A DNA stretch of 46,242 bases from a virus. Taxonomy: Duplodnaviria; Caudoviricetes. The notes beneath the pieces are model-generated. The model did no database searches. It was not told the origin of the DNA and saw only the letters and a program-made list of their open reading frames with translations. The DNA lies in the IMG/VR virus record IMGVR_UViG_3300031260_000055, positions 1 to 46,242 of that record; one strand, given 5' to 3'. A program made the translations under genes and the position numbers. Positions 36,581-46,101 of the stretch are shown in pieces; position 1 is the stretch's first letter, and each line of letters opens with the position of its first letter.

Positions 36581-37102
36581 TTAATCAGCCTCAAATTGTG
36601 ACTGGTTTCCTAGTCTAATTGCTAGAATACTACCGCCTTCACTGCTATCTCTGGATTCAAAGGCCACTAGTGCGGTGGGTTGTGCAGCGGCATCTTCTTC
36701 TTTGTCATACTGTTTAGCATTAGCCAGAGCCAAGTAATCTCCTGGGTTTATAGCGGCGTTGTCATCTACAAGTGGTAGCCATTCAAATTCTCCCACTAGG
36801 TCAAGTCCGGCAGTCCTTCTCTGGTAGTTTCCACTAGTCTTACTAGCTTTTGGTAGCTCTCCTTCGGGTTTGGTCCGGGTTGCCCCTATATGAATCCCAT
36901 TAGAAAATACCTGAACAGTCCTATCTGCCCCAGTGTAGATTTGAACCTCCGTATTTTTACCAATTCTTGAAGCGAAAGAACCACCGGGGAGTTCTCCTTT
37001 AATAGTGTCAAGTTCAGCATTGTAAGTAAAGTTTCCTTCCTCTAGAAAGACTCTTACTCCAGGTTTACGGCCAGTTGCGTCAACTCTCCTGTCTAAAACC
37101 AT
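36581..37102 (-). CDS. Capsid cement/decoration protein
   Basis: AINPGDYLAL...ALVAFES pattern between scaffold and MCP. Confidence 0.55.
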   Translation of the reverse strand: MVLDRRVDATGRKPGVRVFLEEGNFTYNAELDTIKGELPGGSFASRIGKNTEVQIYTGADRTVQVFSNGIHIGATRTKPEGELPKASKTSGNYQRRTAGLDLVGEFEWLPLVDDNAAINPGDYLALANAKQYDKEEDAAAQPTALVAFESRDSSEGGSILAIRLGNQSQFEAD

Positions 37103-37132
37103 ATTTTAACCTCCTAATTGTTAATATTAGCT

Positions 37133-38392
37133 TTAAAACCTCTTTTTTTGCCGAGCTTTACGCATTGCATCAATGTTCAAACTTCCAACATTATCCCGCT
37201 CTGAAAATGACGCATGCATTTTATCATCCCATATCTTATCTTCATAGGTAGCTAAATGCTTTTTAAACGCTTCCTCTGGCATGGCTAACCCGGCTTCCAT
37301 TAATCCCTCTTTCATTGCAGGTTTAACAGTACCAGATTTAATCTTAGCATCAATCAAGGCCCCGACTTTTGCTTTACTAGCTTCAAGGGTTAAATCATCC
37401 ACTTTCTCTAGTTGTTTAGCGTATTTCTCAGGCAATTTGGCTTCTATTGTACCATCGACAATACCAGTAACGGTTTTACCGATAGCGACCACGGTTTCGG
37501 TCAATTCAGCTAATCTTTCTTCAACTGATTTGCTTTTAGCCTTTTTAGGGTCTTCTCCAGTAGGGTCAGCCTTCTTTTTATTTGGGTCTTCGCCGGCTCC
37601 TTGTGTCTGGGTTACAGGGTCGTCCTTTGGGTTTAATTTAGCAGGGTCGCCTTTGGTTGGGTCTTCCTGCCCTTTTCCATTTTTTCCATCCTTAGTCACA
37701 ATATCTACCTCCATAAAACTTGCATTCAACCTTTCATAGCCTTCTGGAACACCATCGGCGTTCACCCGGCAGGTTTCACAGCCTCCACTGCCCACTAAAT
37801 CCACTCGTTTAATATCCGTAAAATAATCCACGACTAAATCAGCGGACTCTGTCGGACATTCATGAGTTTTAACATTCTCTACTACGCTCCACGCCTCTAA
37901 ATCTCCGTTCTCAAATAAATCCTGAACGGCTGGAACGGTAAACTCAGCGTCAACGATTTTAATGCTCTGGCCATCACTGGCAACTTCATTGATTTTTCCT
38001 ACATTATATATATCTATCTCCTGCTTATCAAGTATTTTCTTTAGAGTCGGGTTACTGGCCAATACTTCCTCAGGAATATGATCTATTCCAATTGGAATAT
38101 GGCCGTTTTCAGCTATTTTCCTTTTCATTAGGTTATAATTCTGTTTTAGGCTATATTCCGGGGCTTTTAATCGTACTGGTTTGCCCCCTATGCTAACTTT
38201 ATGTATTCCGGTTTCCCAAATGGAACCTCCCGGTTTACTTGCCTTAATATTAGGCCCTTTCTTAAACTGGGTAATGCAAACGGCTTTTCGTTGATTTAAA
38301 TCTGAATATTCATTTTTCATGGTTGGATCTACTAGACACCTACCAATAAAGTCATTCTGCTGTTCTCCCTGTTTTGGGCTTGGTAATGGCAT
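37133..38392 (-). CDS. Prohead protease/scaffold fusion
   Basis: IPIGIDH...WSV...VDLV protease-like part; low-complexity linker and coiled-coil C-terminus. Confidence 0.7.
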   Translation of the reverse strand: MPLPSPKQGEQQNDFIGRCLVDPTMKNEYSDLNQRKAVCITQFKKGPNIKASKPGGSIWETGIHKVSIGGKPVRLKAPEYSLKQNYNLMKRKIAENGHIPIGIDHIPEEVLASNPTLKKILDKQEIDIYNVGKINEVASDGQSIKIVDAEFTVPAVQDLFENGDLEAWSVVENVKTHECPTESADLVVDYFTDIKRVDLVGSGGCETCRVNADGVPEGYERLNASFMEVDIVTKDGKNGKGQEDPTKGDPAKLNPKDDPVTQTQGAGEDPNKKKADPTGEDPKKAKSKSVEERLAELTETVVAIGKTVTGIVDGTIEAKLPEKYAKQLEKVDDLTLEASKAKVGALIDAKIKSGTVKPAMKEGLMEAGLAMPEEAFKKHLATYEDKIWDDKMHASFSERDNVGSLNIDAMRKARQKKRF

Positions 38393-38422
38393 TGATTTAT
38401 CCCTCCTATTTTGTTTTATGTA

Positions 38423-39304
38423 TTAAACTGCACTTAAAGCTTTTTGAACCATCTGCAACTGCTCTGTTCCAGATAGGTTTAAACCTGAACCGCTCTTTGG
38501 TATATCGTAGCCTTTGTTTTGCATTAATTCTCTTTCAAGCTTGTTTCTTTCAACAATTCCATTGAGATAATCCCTAGCGTCCTGTTTATCATAAAAGAAC
38601 GATGGAACACAAGCACAGTTAGGATGAATTGGTGGAACATACCGGGTTTCATCTATTCCAAACACTCTATTATGGAATCTTTTAATACACCATTGACAAG
38701 CAGCGGCCCGGTGATCGACTACAAAATACTCCATTCCGGCAGCTTTAGACTGGCTCCAGCTTGCCATATTGGAACTTCTCATGGTTTCAGTTCTAGCTAT
38801 GGCCCCGGCCCGGCTTTTACTTATTCCCACCGTGTCCACTATTTGATTAAGCATTGTGGGTGTTGGAATCTTGTTACGGTAACTTTCAACTAATATATTC
38901 CCCACTTTTTCTTTTAGAGTGTTATCCATCTTTGTGATGTAGTTCATGGCACTATCCATCATTGTTTTCTCTACAACACTCATAACAGCAGAGGGGGTTC
39001 CCGCTGCCTGATTTAACCCTATTTCAAAAGCAAAGCCTATATTCTGTTTGAAATTAGCCAACTGTTCTGTATGGTCGCTTGTTACAATAAAACCACGATT
39101 AACTATCGCTCTTAGTATTTGTTCCAGTTGTTGAGGGTTTCGATACTGGGTAGCAAAAGATTGAAGCTCACGCTGACTTAAGCTTAATATCTCCGTTAAA
39201 ATACCTTGATTGTCAGCTATTATATTATATATGCTTGGAGGTATTGTTTTAGGAGTTATTTGTGCATCCCAAGCCTGAGCTGTAAGTTCCTTTGTTAAAC
39301 TCAT
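38423..39304 (-). CDS. Mu gpF/SPP1 gp7-like minor head protein
   Basis: RAGAIARTET...ACQWC...PPIHPNCAC. Confidence 0.88.
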   Translation of the reverse strand: MSLTKELTAQAWDAQITPKTIPPSIYNIIADNQGILTEILSLSQRELQSFATQYRNPQQLEQILRAIVNRGFIVTSDHTEQLANFKQNIGFAFEIGLNQAAGTPSAVMSVVEKTMMDSAMNYITKMDNTLKEKVGNILVESYRNKIPTPTMLNQIVDTVGISKSRAGAIARTETMRSSNMASWSQSKAAGMEYFVVDHRAAACQWCIKRFHNRVFGIDETRYVPPIHPNCACVPSFFYDKQDARDYLNGIVERNKLERELMQNKGYDIPKSGSGLNLSGTEQLQMVQKALSAV

Positions 39305-39311
39305 TTTATTC

Positions 39312-40730
39312 CTATGCTCCGCCGGTTGGTGAAGTTGGCTTTAATATTTCCTTAACACCGTCTAGTATTGCCGAATTATCGATCTCCTCTTCTTCGGCGT
39401 TCCCTTCATAAAGTGGGAACTCATGGTTATTGTTAAGGTTAAATTCCTCTTCTGTAATCTCTATATCCGCGTATTCGTCCATTATACGCTTAAGTAATTG
39501 GAAGAACCAGGAACTAGTTTTATCTATCATAAACTTATCCGCATAAGGCTGTAATGCACTTAAAAGACTTAATAACTCCTTCTCTTCAAAAGATTCAAAC
39601 TCAAATTTAGGATAAACCCTAGTGACAAAGTTTAAGTCCACTAAATTACGGATAGCCTCCTGAATACTGTTAGCTAAATCCTGATGGATTCCATCTAAAA
39701 AAACGCCGAGCGTCTTATCATGGGTTTGGCTCTGTGCCAGGCTCCCACCTTGAGCTTCAGCCTGCCCCAGTAGCAATGATCCAATAAGAAAAGTACGGAA
39801 AATCATATTGTCATGGTAATTAATAAATTGCATAAAAGCTTCGCCCCTATGCTGTGATTCAAGTATTTCATACTTTTCTCCGGGTTTGGCAGTAAACCCG
39901 GCGGTACCCTCATGGATACTATCTATATTTTTCTGCATTTCCTCTGAATTACTACCACGCTCACTTTCATAGCCAACAACAGTAGGGCCTTCGTGTTTTT
40001 CAAGGAATATTGCTGCCCAAATAAGGATTTGATGTTTCATAAAGTGGTCGTCGTAACATGCCCTTAAAATACTACGACCATACTTATTTCCAAATAATTC
40101 GTCAAAGGCAAAGATTATGCACTTATCACCGGGGATAGATATCTTATCAAGCCCTATTGTTTGAGTGACGGTTTTAACATTACCGTATTGGTCATAGGTA
40201 AAGCAATCCCGCCATAATGTTTCAATATCCACCCCTCTAATGCTTTCAATAACTATTTTACCTATATAGTCAACGAATTCATAGTTAACTTCACTAACGG
40301 CAAAACCAAAGGTAATGGCACTATATAAATCCTTCCTTACTTGTCGGAAGGGTGTTTTAAGGTTATTGAAAACTTCCCTTACAAAATCAGCAATCTCAAC
40401 ATCTTCCGGGCGTTCACTGGCCGGAGTTATATGGAATTTCTTAGATAAAAGGCTATAAACGATTAATCGTTCCGCCGCTTTAATCTGAGGGTCCCGGAGC
40501 ATCTCCTGGTAATCATTATAGTTTAATTCATCAGGATTGTATGTCGCATCAAACATATTGGTAGTCCAACGATAAGATGGCACCCTTTTACTTTTTTGGC
40601 CGCCGGTTAAGCTTTTTACATTAAGCTCTGGGTTGGAGGCTGTCATCTTCATTGTTTTACCAAGATGAAAATACTCGTTCATGTCTATTTGTTTCATACT
40701 TTTTATGCTCCTTATTATTTTTATCAGCAT
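39312..40730 (-). CDS. Portal protein (Mu gp29/DUF935-like); true start may be ~40652
   Basis: DPQIKAA...AITFGFAVSE...YGRSILRACY...GGSLAQSQTH. Confidence 0.88.
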   Translation of the reverse strand: MLIKIIRSIKSMKQIDMNEYFHLGKTMKMTASNPELNVKSLTGGQKSKRVPSYRWTTNMFDATYNPDELNYNDYQEMLRDPQIKAAERLIVYSLLSKKFHITPASERPEDVEIADFVREVFNNLKTPFRQVRKDLYSAITFGFAVSEVNYEFVDYIGKIVIESIRGVDIETLWRDCFTYDQYGNVKTVTQTIGLDKISIPGDKCIIFAFDELFGNKYGRSILRACYDDHFMKHQILIWAAIFLEKHEGPTVVGYESERGSNSEEMQKNIDSIHEGTAGFTAKPGEKYEILESQHRGEAFMQFINYHDNMIFRTFLIGSLLLGQAEAQGGSLAQSQTHDKTLGVFLDGIHQDLANSIQEAIRNLVDLNFVTRVYPKFEFESFEEKELLSLLSALQPYADKFMIDKTSSWFFQLLKRIMDEYADIEITEEEFNLNNNHEFPLYEGNAEEEEIDNSAILDGVKEILKPTSPTGGA

Positions 40731-42264
40731 ACTTATATTTCTTTTTACTCCTTGTGTAATCGGACTCCCCGCTTCTGTTTAACCAATACCGTGCTGAGCC
40801 GCTTAAAGCGTCAACCACATGGTCCTCTTCTTCTTTTTCCCCTGTGAATGCTAATAACATATCCACTATGGCATAAATCTTTTCCAACGGCATTGTTGCA
40901 GTATTAAACCTTAATCTATCAGTTTCTGCTAATAATTCAAGGTCAAAACACCGGTCTAGCTTTGAATCTGTTACTTTGTCTTCCATTATGGCATAACCCT
41001 TTAATCGTTTATCCTGACGGAATTTAGCAATTAACATTATACTCATACTTGCTGGTTCCTGTTCTATAATGCTCCTCACCCTTATAGTGTCTTTTCTGGT
41101 AGTTTTAATATAGGTGTTTAACATGGCATCAGCACTAAACTGGTCATATACCAAGTCGTTTACTATTAAATTATCTTCTAGGTAGGAAGACTTTAAACCG
41201 GCAGCGTAATCTCCGCCTTCACCACTAGAAGCAAAATCCCAGTATCTAATCTGGTTCTGTTCGCTTGGAAGGAAGTTTCTACTGGTGAAAAGGATTTTCC
41301 GTAGGTGATTATCTTCCGTGTAAAACCATTCCCTTTTAAACACATTCCCTTCAAGTGGAACCGGCTCTCCTTGGTATAATGCTGAAAAGCTCCTGTTTCC
41401 CATTCTTCTCTGTTTAGCCAGTAGGGTTTCTAGGCTGAACAGATTAACGCATAAAGCTTGCCCTTTTTTACGGTTTAATATATCTGGTTTGGTAGCTATT
41501 GCGGGCAAATGGAGTATAACCCACTTATCTTTACTTAACCGTTTACCTTCCCTAAATGATTCCAGTAACTCACGGTTTAGCACAACATGAGGTTCATTTT
41601 CCCTGCCTTGATCGTCAAATAAAATTCGGCCGCTTAAATCCCGGGTATCCCACCGGGTTTGAGTAATACTAATCAATCCCTTCTCGGATAGCCTTGTATC
41701 CACTGCTTCTAGGTACCAGTCATAAATCCTCTGTTGGAAAATCTTTGATCTGGCTTCTTGTGGGTTTTTATGCGGATCGTCAATATCGAAAAAGTCCGCT
41801 TTTTTACCTGTTTGGCTTCCCCCTGCCCCACTGGTATCCATTCCGCCATCAAAATTAGATATATCCCAATGTTTTACGCTGCTGCTGTCTTCCCTTAGAC
41901 TAAGGCCAAAGATAGGCCCGGCCCACTCCTTGAACACATCCCTTGACTTTCGACCCCAGTCAGCAGCGAACCCGGCTTCATAACTAGATAATATTACTCT
42001 ATCATTAGGATTATGGCCTAAATACCATACCGGGAAATAACGGCTTATTAATTCACTTTTTCCGTGCTGTGGTGGCATCCAAGTCATTAGCCGGTTAAAC
42101 TGCCTATTATTCAGATACAGTAATAGCTCATCGAGTATTGCTAAATGGGGATAAAGGTGCCAACGATCGTCACTTGTTACCATCGCTAGAGTCGCTGGAC
42201 TCCATTTTGCTTGTTCTAATGGATCGTATAAGATCTCTTCCCATTCGTCTAAGGTTTGGGTCAT
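40657..42264 (-). CDS. terL: Terminase large subunit
   Basis: MPPQHGKS, IDDPHK, QTRW, ALYQGEP, RYWDFA, DHVVDALS. Confidence 0.95.
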   Translation of the reverse strand: MTQTLDEWEEILYDPLEQAKWSPATLAMVTSDDRWHLYPHLAILDELLLYLNNRQFNRLMTWMPPQHGKSELISRYFPVWYLGHNPNDRVILSSYEAGFAADWGRKSRDVFKEWAGPIFGLSLREDSSSVKHWDISNFDGGMDTSGAGGSQTGKKADFFDIDDPHKNPQEARSKIFQQRIYDWYLEAVDTRLSEKGLISITQTRWDTRDLSGRILFDDQGRENEPHVVLNRELLESFREGKRLSKDKWVILHLPAIATKPDILNRKKGQALCVNLFSLETLLAKQRRMGNRSFSALYQGEPVPLEGNVFKREWFYTEDNHLRKILFTSRNFLPSEQNQIRYWDFASSGEGGDYAAGLKSSYLEDNLIVNDLVYDQFSADAMLNTYIKTTRKDTIRVRSIIEQEPASMSIMLIAKFRQDKRLKGYAIMEDKVTDSKLDRCFDLELLAETDRLRFNTATMPLEKIYAIVDMLLAFTGEKEEEDHVVDALSGSARYWLNRSGESDYTRSKKKYKYADKNNKEHKKYETNRHERVFSSW

Positions 42265-42706
42265 TTGGTATATAGACCTCCGTTTTAACCTTTAATTCAC
42301 CTGAACCAGTTGTTTTAATGTTATCTGTTGGCTGGTCTAATACTAGTAGTGCGGTTCTTATTCCAGTTGCCAAATCATTCATATTATTGATAACTATTGG
42401 CTCTCTGGTGCCATCTTTAATTCCTTTAGTATATTCCGCAAAAGCATTATGGATTAGGCTTAAGTAGTTAGATTTATTCTTAATAATGCTAGAATCAGTT
42501 TTTTCCTGTATCTTTTTATTAATCTCGGCCGCTCTAACGGCCTCCCGGCTATCCCAATCAAATTCAGCCTTCCATTTCCAGACAGTCTTTGTCGTTACTT
42601 TATACTCACTCGACACTAACCTCACACTGTCGCTTATTTTCGCTCCGCCTTGTCGGCTTGTGAAGTATGTTTCGAATGCGTCGAGGTGTTTCTGTTGTTC
42701 TTTCAT
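42170..42706 (-). CDS. terS: Terminase small subunit
   Basis: N-terminal HTH (VTTKTVWKWKAEFDW) immediately upstream of terL. Confidence 0.7.
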   Translation of the reverse strand: MKEQQKHLDAFETYFTSRQGGAKISDSVRLVSSEYKVTTKTVWKWKAEFDWDSREAVRAAEINKKIQEKTDSSIIKNKSNYLSLIHNAFAEYTKGIKDGTREPIVINNMNDLATGIRTALLVLDQPTDNIKTTGSGELKVKTEVYIPNDPNLRRMGRDLIRSIRTSKMESSDSSDGNK

Positions 42707-42762
42707 GGTGTTCTGTCTTTATATTGTTTTTTTGTGGGTTCTCTGGTTTATATTTTACGGCC

Positions 42763-42834
42763 TATAAACTATGGCGTTTATATAAACTATGGCGGTGGGT
42801 TTATATACTAGGGCGTCTATATAATTATTATGGC
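42763..42834. promoter_or_regulatory. Tandem TATA-containing repeats in the divergent late/early intergenic region
   Basis: TATAAACTATGGCG at 42763 and 42781, TATATACTAGGGCG at 42802, degenerate copy at 42818. Confidence 0.65.
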
Positions 42835-42863
42835 TTAAAATAACTTAAAAAGGAGCGAAAAAT

Positions 42864-43166
42864 ATGCGTTTTGAACACGAAATAACGGTAGCTATCCGTT
42901 GGATAGCAGAAAACAAATGGGAAAACCCCAAAGAAATAAAAGAAAACATACCTGAAACCGTGGACAACACTTTAAGGAAAGCCCGAAGGTCCGGAAGGGC
43001 TAAAAAGGCCGAAGTCGTTGAAATCCGCGACTGGATAAAGGACACCGTGGTTAATCTTGAAGGTGACAAGCAGCTGGTAATAGACATGGTTTTGGAGATA
43101 CTCACCTCAAAAATAAACGATTCTGAGCTTGAAAATCCTAGTAAAACTATATTTAAAGGCTTTTAA
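42864..43166 (+). CDS. Hypothetical protein, first gene of the plus-strand island
   Basis: AGGAG SD; intact ORF. Confidence 0.7.
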   Translation: MRFEHEITVAIRWIAENKWENPKEIKENIPETVDNTLRKARRSGRAKKAEVVEIRDWIKDTVVNLEGDKQLVIDMVLEILTSKINDSELENPSKTIFKGF

Positions 43167-43179
43167 AGAGGGATTAAAA

Positions 43180-43380
43180 ATGAAAAAAGCAGCCGAAAAT
43201 GAAGTAAAAGCAGTTGGGGCAGTATTTAAAATGCCCTTTGACCAAATGGACGAAGACCAATTAGACATCGAGTGTGAAAACCGCCATAGGGCCGCCGGGT
43301 TAATATTTAACCCTGAACTCACCGAATGCAGCAACTGTACTCTGGCAAAAGACTGCCCGATAAAACCTATTTTTGTATAA
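43180..43380 (+). CDS. Small Cys-cluster protein
   Basis: ECSNCTLAKDCP; ATG 43180 after GAGGG. Confidence 0.6.
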   Translation: MKKAAENEVKAVGAVFKMPFDQMDEDQLDIECENRHRAAGLIFNPELTECSNCTLAKDCPIKPIFV

Positions 43381-43399
43381 AACCCAAGGAAGTGAAAAA

Positions 43400-43654
43400 A
43401 TGGATAACGAAACCTATGAAAAATTACTAATTTCAAAAAATAAAACCGCTGAAAACCAGTTCCAACAATACAGTAAACATGTAGTACAGAATCTTACGGA
43501 ACTGGCCGAAAATGTGGAAAACGGAGTAATTTACTCCACAGATTCGGAATTAATGGTGAGTAAGCTTAACCGGCTTTATGAACTCAAACAGAAAAGGGAT
43601 TGTGCAAGGGAAGTCCTAAGCTCTTACCGTACTTTCGTTAAAAAGGAGTTATAA
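43400..43654 (+). CDS. Coiled-coil hypothetical protein
   Basis: ATG 43400 after a purine-rich SD. Confidence 0.6.
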   Translation: MDNETYEKLLISKNKTAENQFQQYSKHVVQNLTELAENVENGVIYSTDSELMVSKLNRLYELKQKRDCAREVLSSYRTFVKKEL

Positions 43655-43656
43655 CC

Positions 43657-43800
43657 ATGCCTATACCTGATCAAGTTGAATGTCTGGGCTGCGGTAAAAC
43701 TCTAACGGATGGAGATTACCCAGAAGCACAATTATGTGAAGACTGTTTCCTTTGGGAAGTAAAACATGCGGATGAACCAATATTTTTTGAAAAGGAGTGA
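43657..43800 (+). CDS. Zn-finger microprotein (47 aa, not in track)
   Basis: CLGCG...LCEDC; AGGAG SD. Confidence 0.6.
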   Translation: MPIPDQVECLGCGKTLTDGDYPEAQLCEDCFLWEVKHADEPIFFEKE

Positions 43801-43804
43801 TAAA

Positions 43805-43954
43805 ATGAGAACCAATACCTATGAAATTACCGAAAAAAACAGTATAAGGGTTAAAACCCGCTTTGGCATAACTGATTACGCCGATGTGGATTTAACTAAA
43901 GTGGATTTAGATAAAAGCATTGAAAACATAATTAAACAGCTTGAACAGCAATAA
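43805..43954 (+). CDS. Small hypothetical protein
   Basis: ATG 43805 after GGAGTGA. Confidence 0.55.
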   Translation: MRTNTYEITEKNSIRVKTRFGITDYADVDLTKVDLDKSIENIIKQLEQQ

Positions 43955-43965
43955 GAGGGGATAAT

Positions 43966-44295
43966 ATGGAGGATATGGGAATAAACATACAGAAATTGGA
44001 AGAAATTGATTTAATAGTGCTAAAAAATGTATTTCGTAAAGTTTTAGCAATAGATGAAGAAATCGGCGAAGTTCCCGGTGAAATAATAGGCTTAAGCGAA
44101 TTTGACGGTGGACACAGCAACGATATGTGGTTTGAGCAAGCAGCCAAAGAATTTAAGCAAAAAGTCCACGAATGCAGCATAGAACCCGAAGCTGAAAAGA
44201 TTAAGCAGATAGAACTGGATTTTTTTACCTGCGGACTGGAAGGGAAAACACAAGAAGTGTTCAACCCGATTTTAGGCGAAGCTTACGGATGGTGA
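43966..44295 (+). CDS. Acidic hypothetical protein
   Basis: SD and operon packing. Confidence 0.65.
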   Translation: MEDMGINIQKLEEIDLIVLKNVFRKVLAIDEEIGEVPGEIIGLSEFDGGHSNDMWFEQAAKEFKQKVHECSIEPEAEKIKQIELDFFTCGLEGKTQEVFNPILGEAYGW

Positions 44296-44304
44296 TGTGA
44301 TAAC

Positions 44305-44520
44305 ATGGATTATAAGGTAGTTTTCAATACAGCGGGGATAATTATCCACGCGACCGGCAGTAAAATCTTTAAAGAACCCGAAATACTCTTTAATGAGTTT
44401 AATAGCACGGTCAAAATCGTTAGTTACTTTAGAGGGGAACAATACACCAGCGTTTACCCCATGAACATTATTAAACGCATTGAAGTTGTAATCCCCGGCC
44501 ATGAAAATACCAAGAGGTGA
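44305..44520 (+). CDS. Hypothetical protein
   Basis: GGTGA SD. Confidence 0.6.
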   Translation: MDYKVVFNTAGIIIHATGSKIFKEPEILFNEFNSTVKIVSYFRGEQYTSVYPMNIIKRIEVVIPGHENTKR

Positions 44521-44526
44521 TTTAAG

Positions 44527-44775
44527 ATGGATTTTAAACCGGATAAAGACCAGAGGGCATTAGCCCTCATGATGAAGCTGGAGTTCTGCCAAACTTTCAA
44601 GAAATATCAATCCAAGGATTTTCAGGTAGCTATGAATGGAATGGTTGAATTTATAGCCGCTTTCTTTGTGACGGCGTACCAATCCAACCCTAATAACTTT
44701 CAATTGGGAATAGACCATTTAAATTCAATTATAGCAAAAGAGGGCATAACTTTTGTAGTAATAAGCGAAAAATAG
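44527..44775 (+). CDS. Hypothetical protein (possible paralogue of 13152-13496)
   Basis: GAGGTGA SD; shared C-terminal pattern. Confidence 0.65.
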   Translation: MDFKPDKDQRALALMMKLEFCQTFKKYQSKDFQVAMNGMVEFIAAFFVTAYQSNPNNFQLGIDHLNSIIAKEGITFVVISEK

Positions 44776-45105
44776 GTGATTAATATGGAAAAAGCAGCTA
44801 AAAATTGTAGAACATGCATATTCAGGGCAAACGCAGGGTCAAATACCGTACATAGCAAATGTACGCACCCCAGAGTGGATCATATACTCAGCGACCACGA
44901 CCTCCTCTTTAAAGTGATGGAATTATTGGTTAATGACCATAAAATCCTACGATACTTTGAGGATTTCCAAGTTCAGTTCAATGAAGGGGCCATAGCTAAT
45001 CGCTATGCCCTTTTCCCTTTTAATTTTGATCCTAGGTGGTTAGAAGAATGCACCGGGTATGTTGAAGGGGAAAACTCCTTTAAACTTGTCCAGAGGGGTT
45101 TATAA
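44776..45105 (+). CDS. Cys-rich phage-type hypothetical protein
   Basis: CRTCIFR...HSKCTHP...FPFNFDPRWLEECTGY. Confidence 0.7.
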   Translation: MINMEKAAKNCRTCIFRANAGSNTVHSKCTHPRVDHILSDHDLLFKVMELLVNDHKILRYFEDFQVQFNEGAIANRYALFPFNFDPRWLEECTGYVEGENSFKLVQRGL

Positions 45106-45357
45106 ATGCCTAGTAACATGTGGAAGCCCATAGAAGATACCTGTAATGTATGCGGGGTAAGAATAGGGGCCTCACGGTTAAAAGTGTACGGTCCTAACCG
45201 CGATGATACCTATCACGAAGATGGTAGCCTCCAATATATTAGAGGATCTTCAATTGAAGATGACGACGGAACTTACCTAACCGTATGTGAAGACTGCCTT
45301 AGAGCTATTGTCGGGCAGCGATGGGATGAATTAATGGAATTAGACGAGGGGATGTGA
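45106..45357 (+). CDS. Acidic Zn-finger protein
   Basis: CNVCG...VCEDC. Confidence 0.65.
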   Translation: MPSNMWKPIEDTCNVCGVRIGASRLKVYGPNRDDTYHEDGSLQYIRGSSIEDDDGTYLTVCEDCLRAIVGQRWDELMELDEGM

Positions 45358-45362
45358 TTTAA

Positions 45363-45662
45363 ATGCAGATAAGCAAAGAGCAGATTGAAAACATATTTGA
45401 AAATGCCGAGGACTCAGGGGATGCTTTTATAAAGATTTATCGGTTGGTTTATCCCAATTGGGATAAAATCAAGCAGATAAAGGGCCATCCTAAAGCCGGA
45501 CGGGTTATTAGTGAGTTTATAGCCAGAAAATTCGTTGATTTTGAAATGGAGAATCAACCTGACCAAGGATGCTTATTTGGAGGCCTATGGTTACAGAAAG
45601 GCTTTGGAGTTGACCAGAAATTAGGGGATTGGGAAGTTATCCCTGCGGAAGTGGTACTATGA
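45363..45662 (+). CDS. Phage-type hypothetical protein
   Basis: YRLVYPNWD...GHPK...GGLWLQKGF. Confidence 0.7.
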   Translation: MQISKEQIENIFENAEDSGDAFIKIYRLVYPNWDKIKQIKGHPKAGRVISEFIARKFVDFEMENQPDQGCLFGGLWLQKGFGVDQKLGDWEVIPAEVVL

Positions 45663-45946
45663 GCAATTTAAAGGAATTTGACGTGGGATATACCAAATAT
45701 ATTGAAAATAATGTAGTTTGTGAAATGCCTCACTATTTAGAGCTGGAGATTTACGCGGTGGTAGAAAAATTTACCCCGGAAATGCAGAAAGAACTTGAAT
45801 CCGTCAATATCGTGGTTTTAAACCCACTTCCAGAGGATTTAATCCTTTTTAAGAAAGGACAAGGCGTTTCACTTGAAAATGCAGCCGAATATAGGGATAA
45901 CATCGCACAAATTATAAAAGGCGTATTAGAAGCAGGAGATTTATAA
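45659..45946 (+). CDS. Acidic hypothetical protein
   Basis: ATGA overlap start at 45659. Confidence 0.6.
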   Translation: MSNLKEFDVGYTKYIENNVVCEMPHYLELEIYAVVEKFTPEMQKELESVNIVVLNPLPEDLILFKKGQGVSLENAAEYRDNIAQIIKGVLEAGDL

Positions 45947-45947
45947 A

Positions 45948-46082
45948 ATGGAAGCAGAAATATACTGTTGTGTATGTGGAGAGTACATCGAAACCGTGGA
46001 TTTGCCAGAAGATGAATTAACTGGGGAATTACTTGAAGAAAGCATTTGTGAAGTGTGTAATTTGATAGAGGAGGAGTTTTAA
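45948..46082 (+). CDS. Highly acidic Zn-finger microprotein (44 aa, not in track)
   Basis: MEAEIYCCVCGEY...ICEVCNLIEEEF; GGAG SD. Confidence 0.6.
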   Translation: MEAEIYCCVCGEYIETVDLPEDELTGELLEESICEVCNLIEEEF

Positions 46083-46101
46083 ATGTCTAAAGAACGGAAT
46101 A

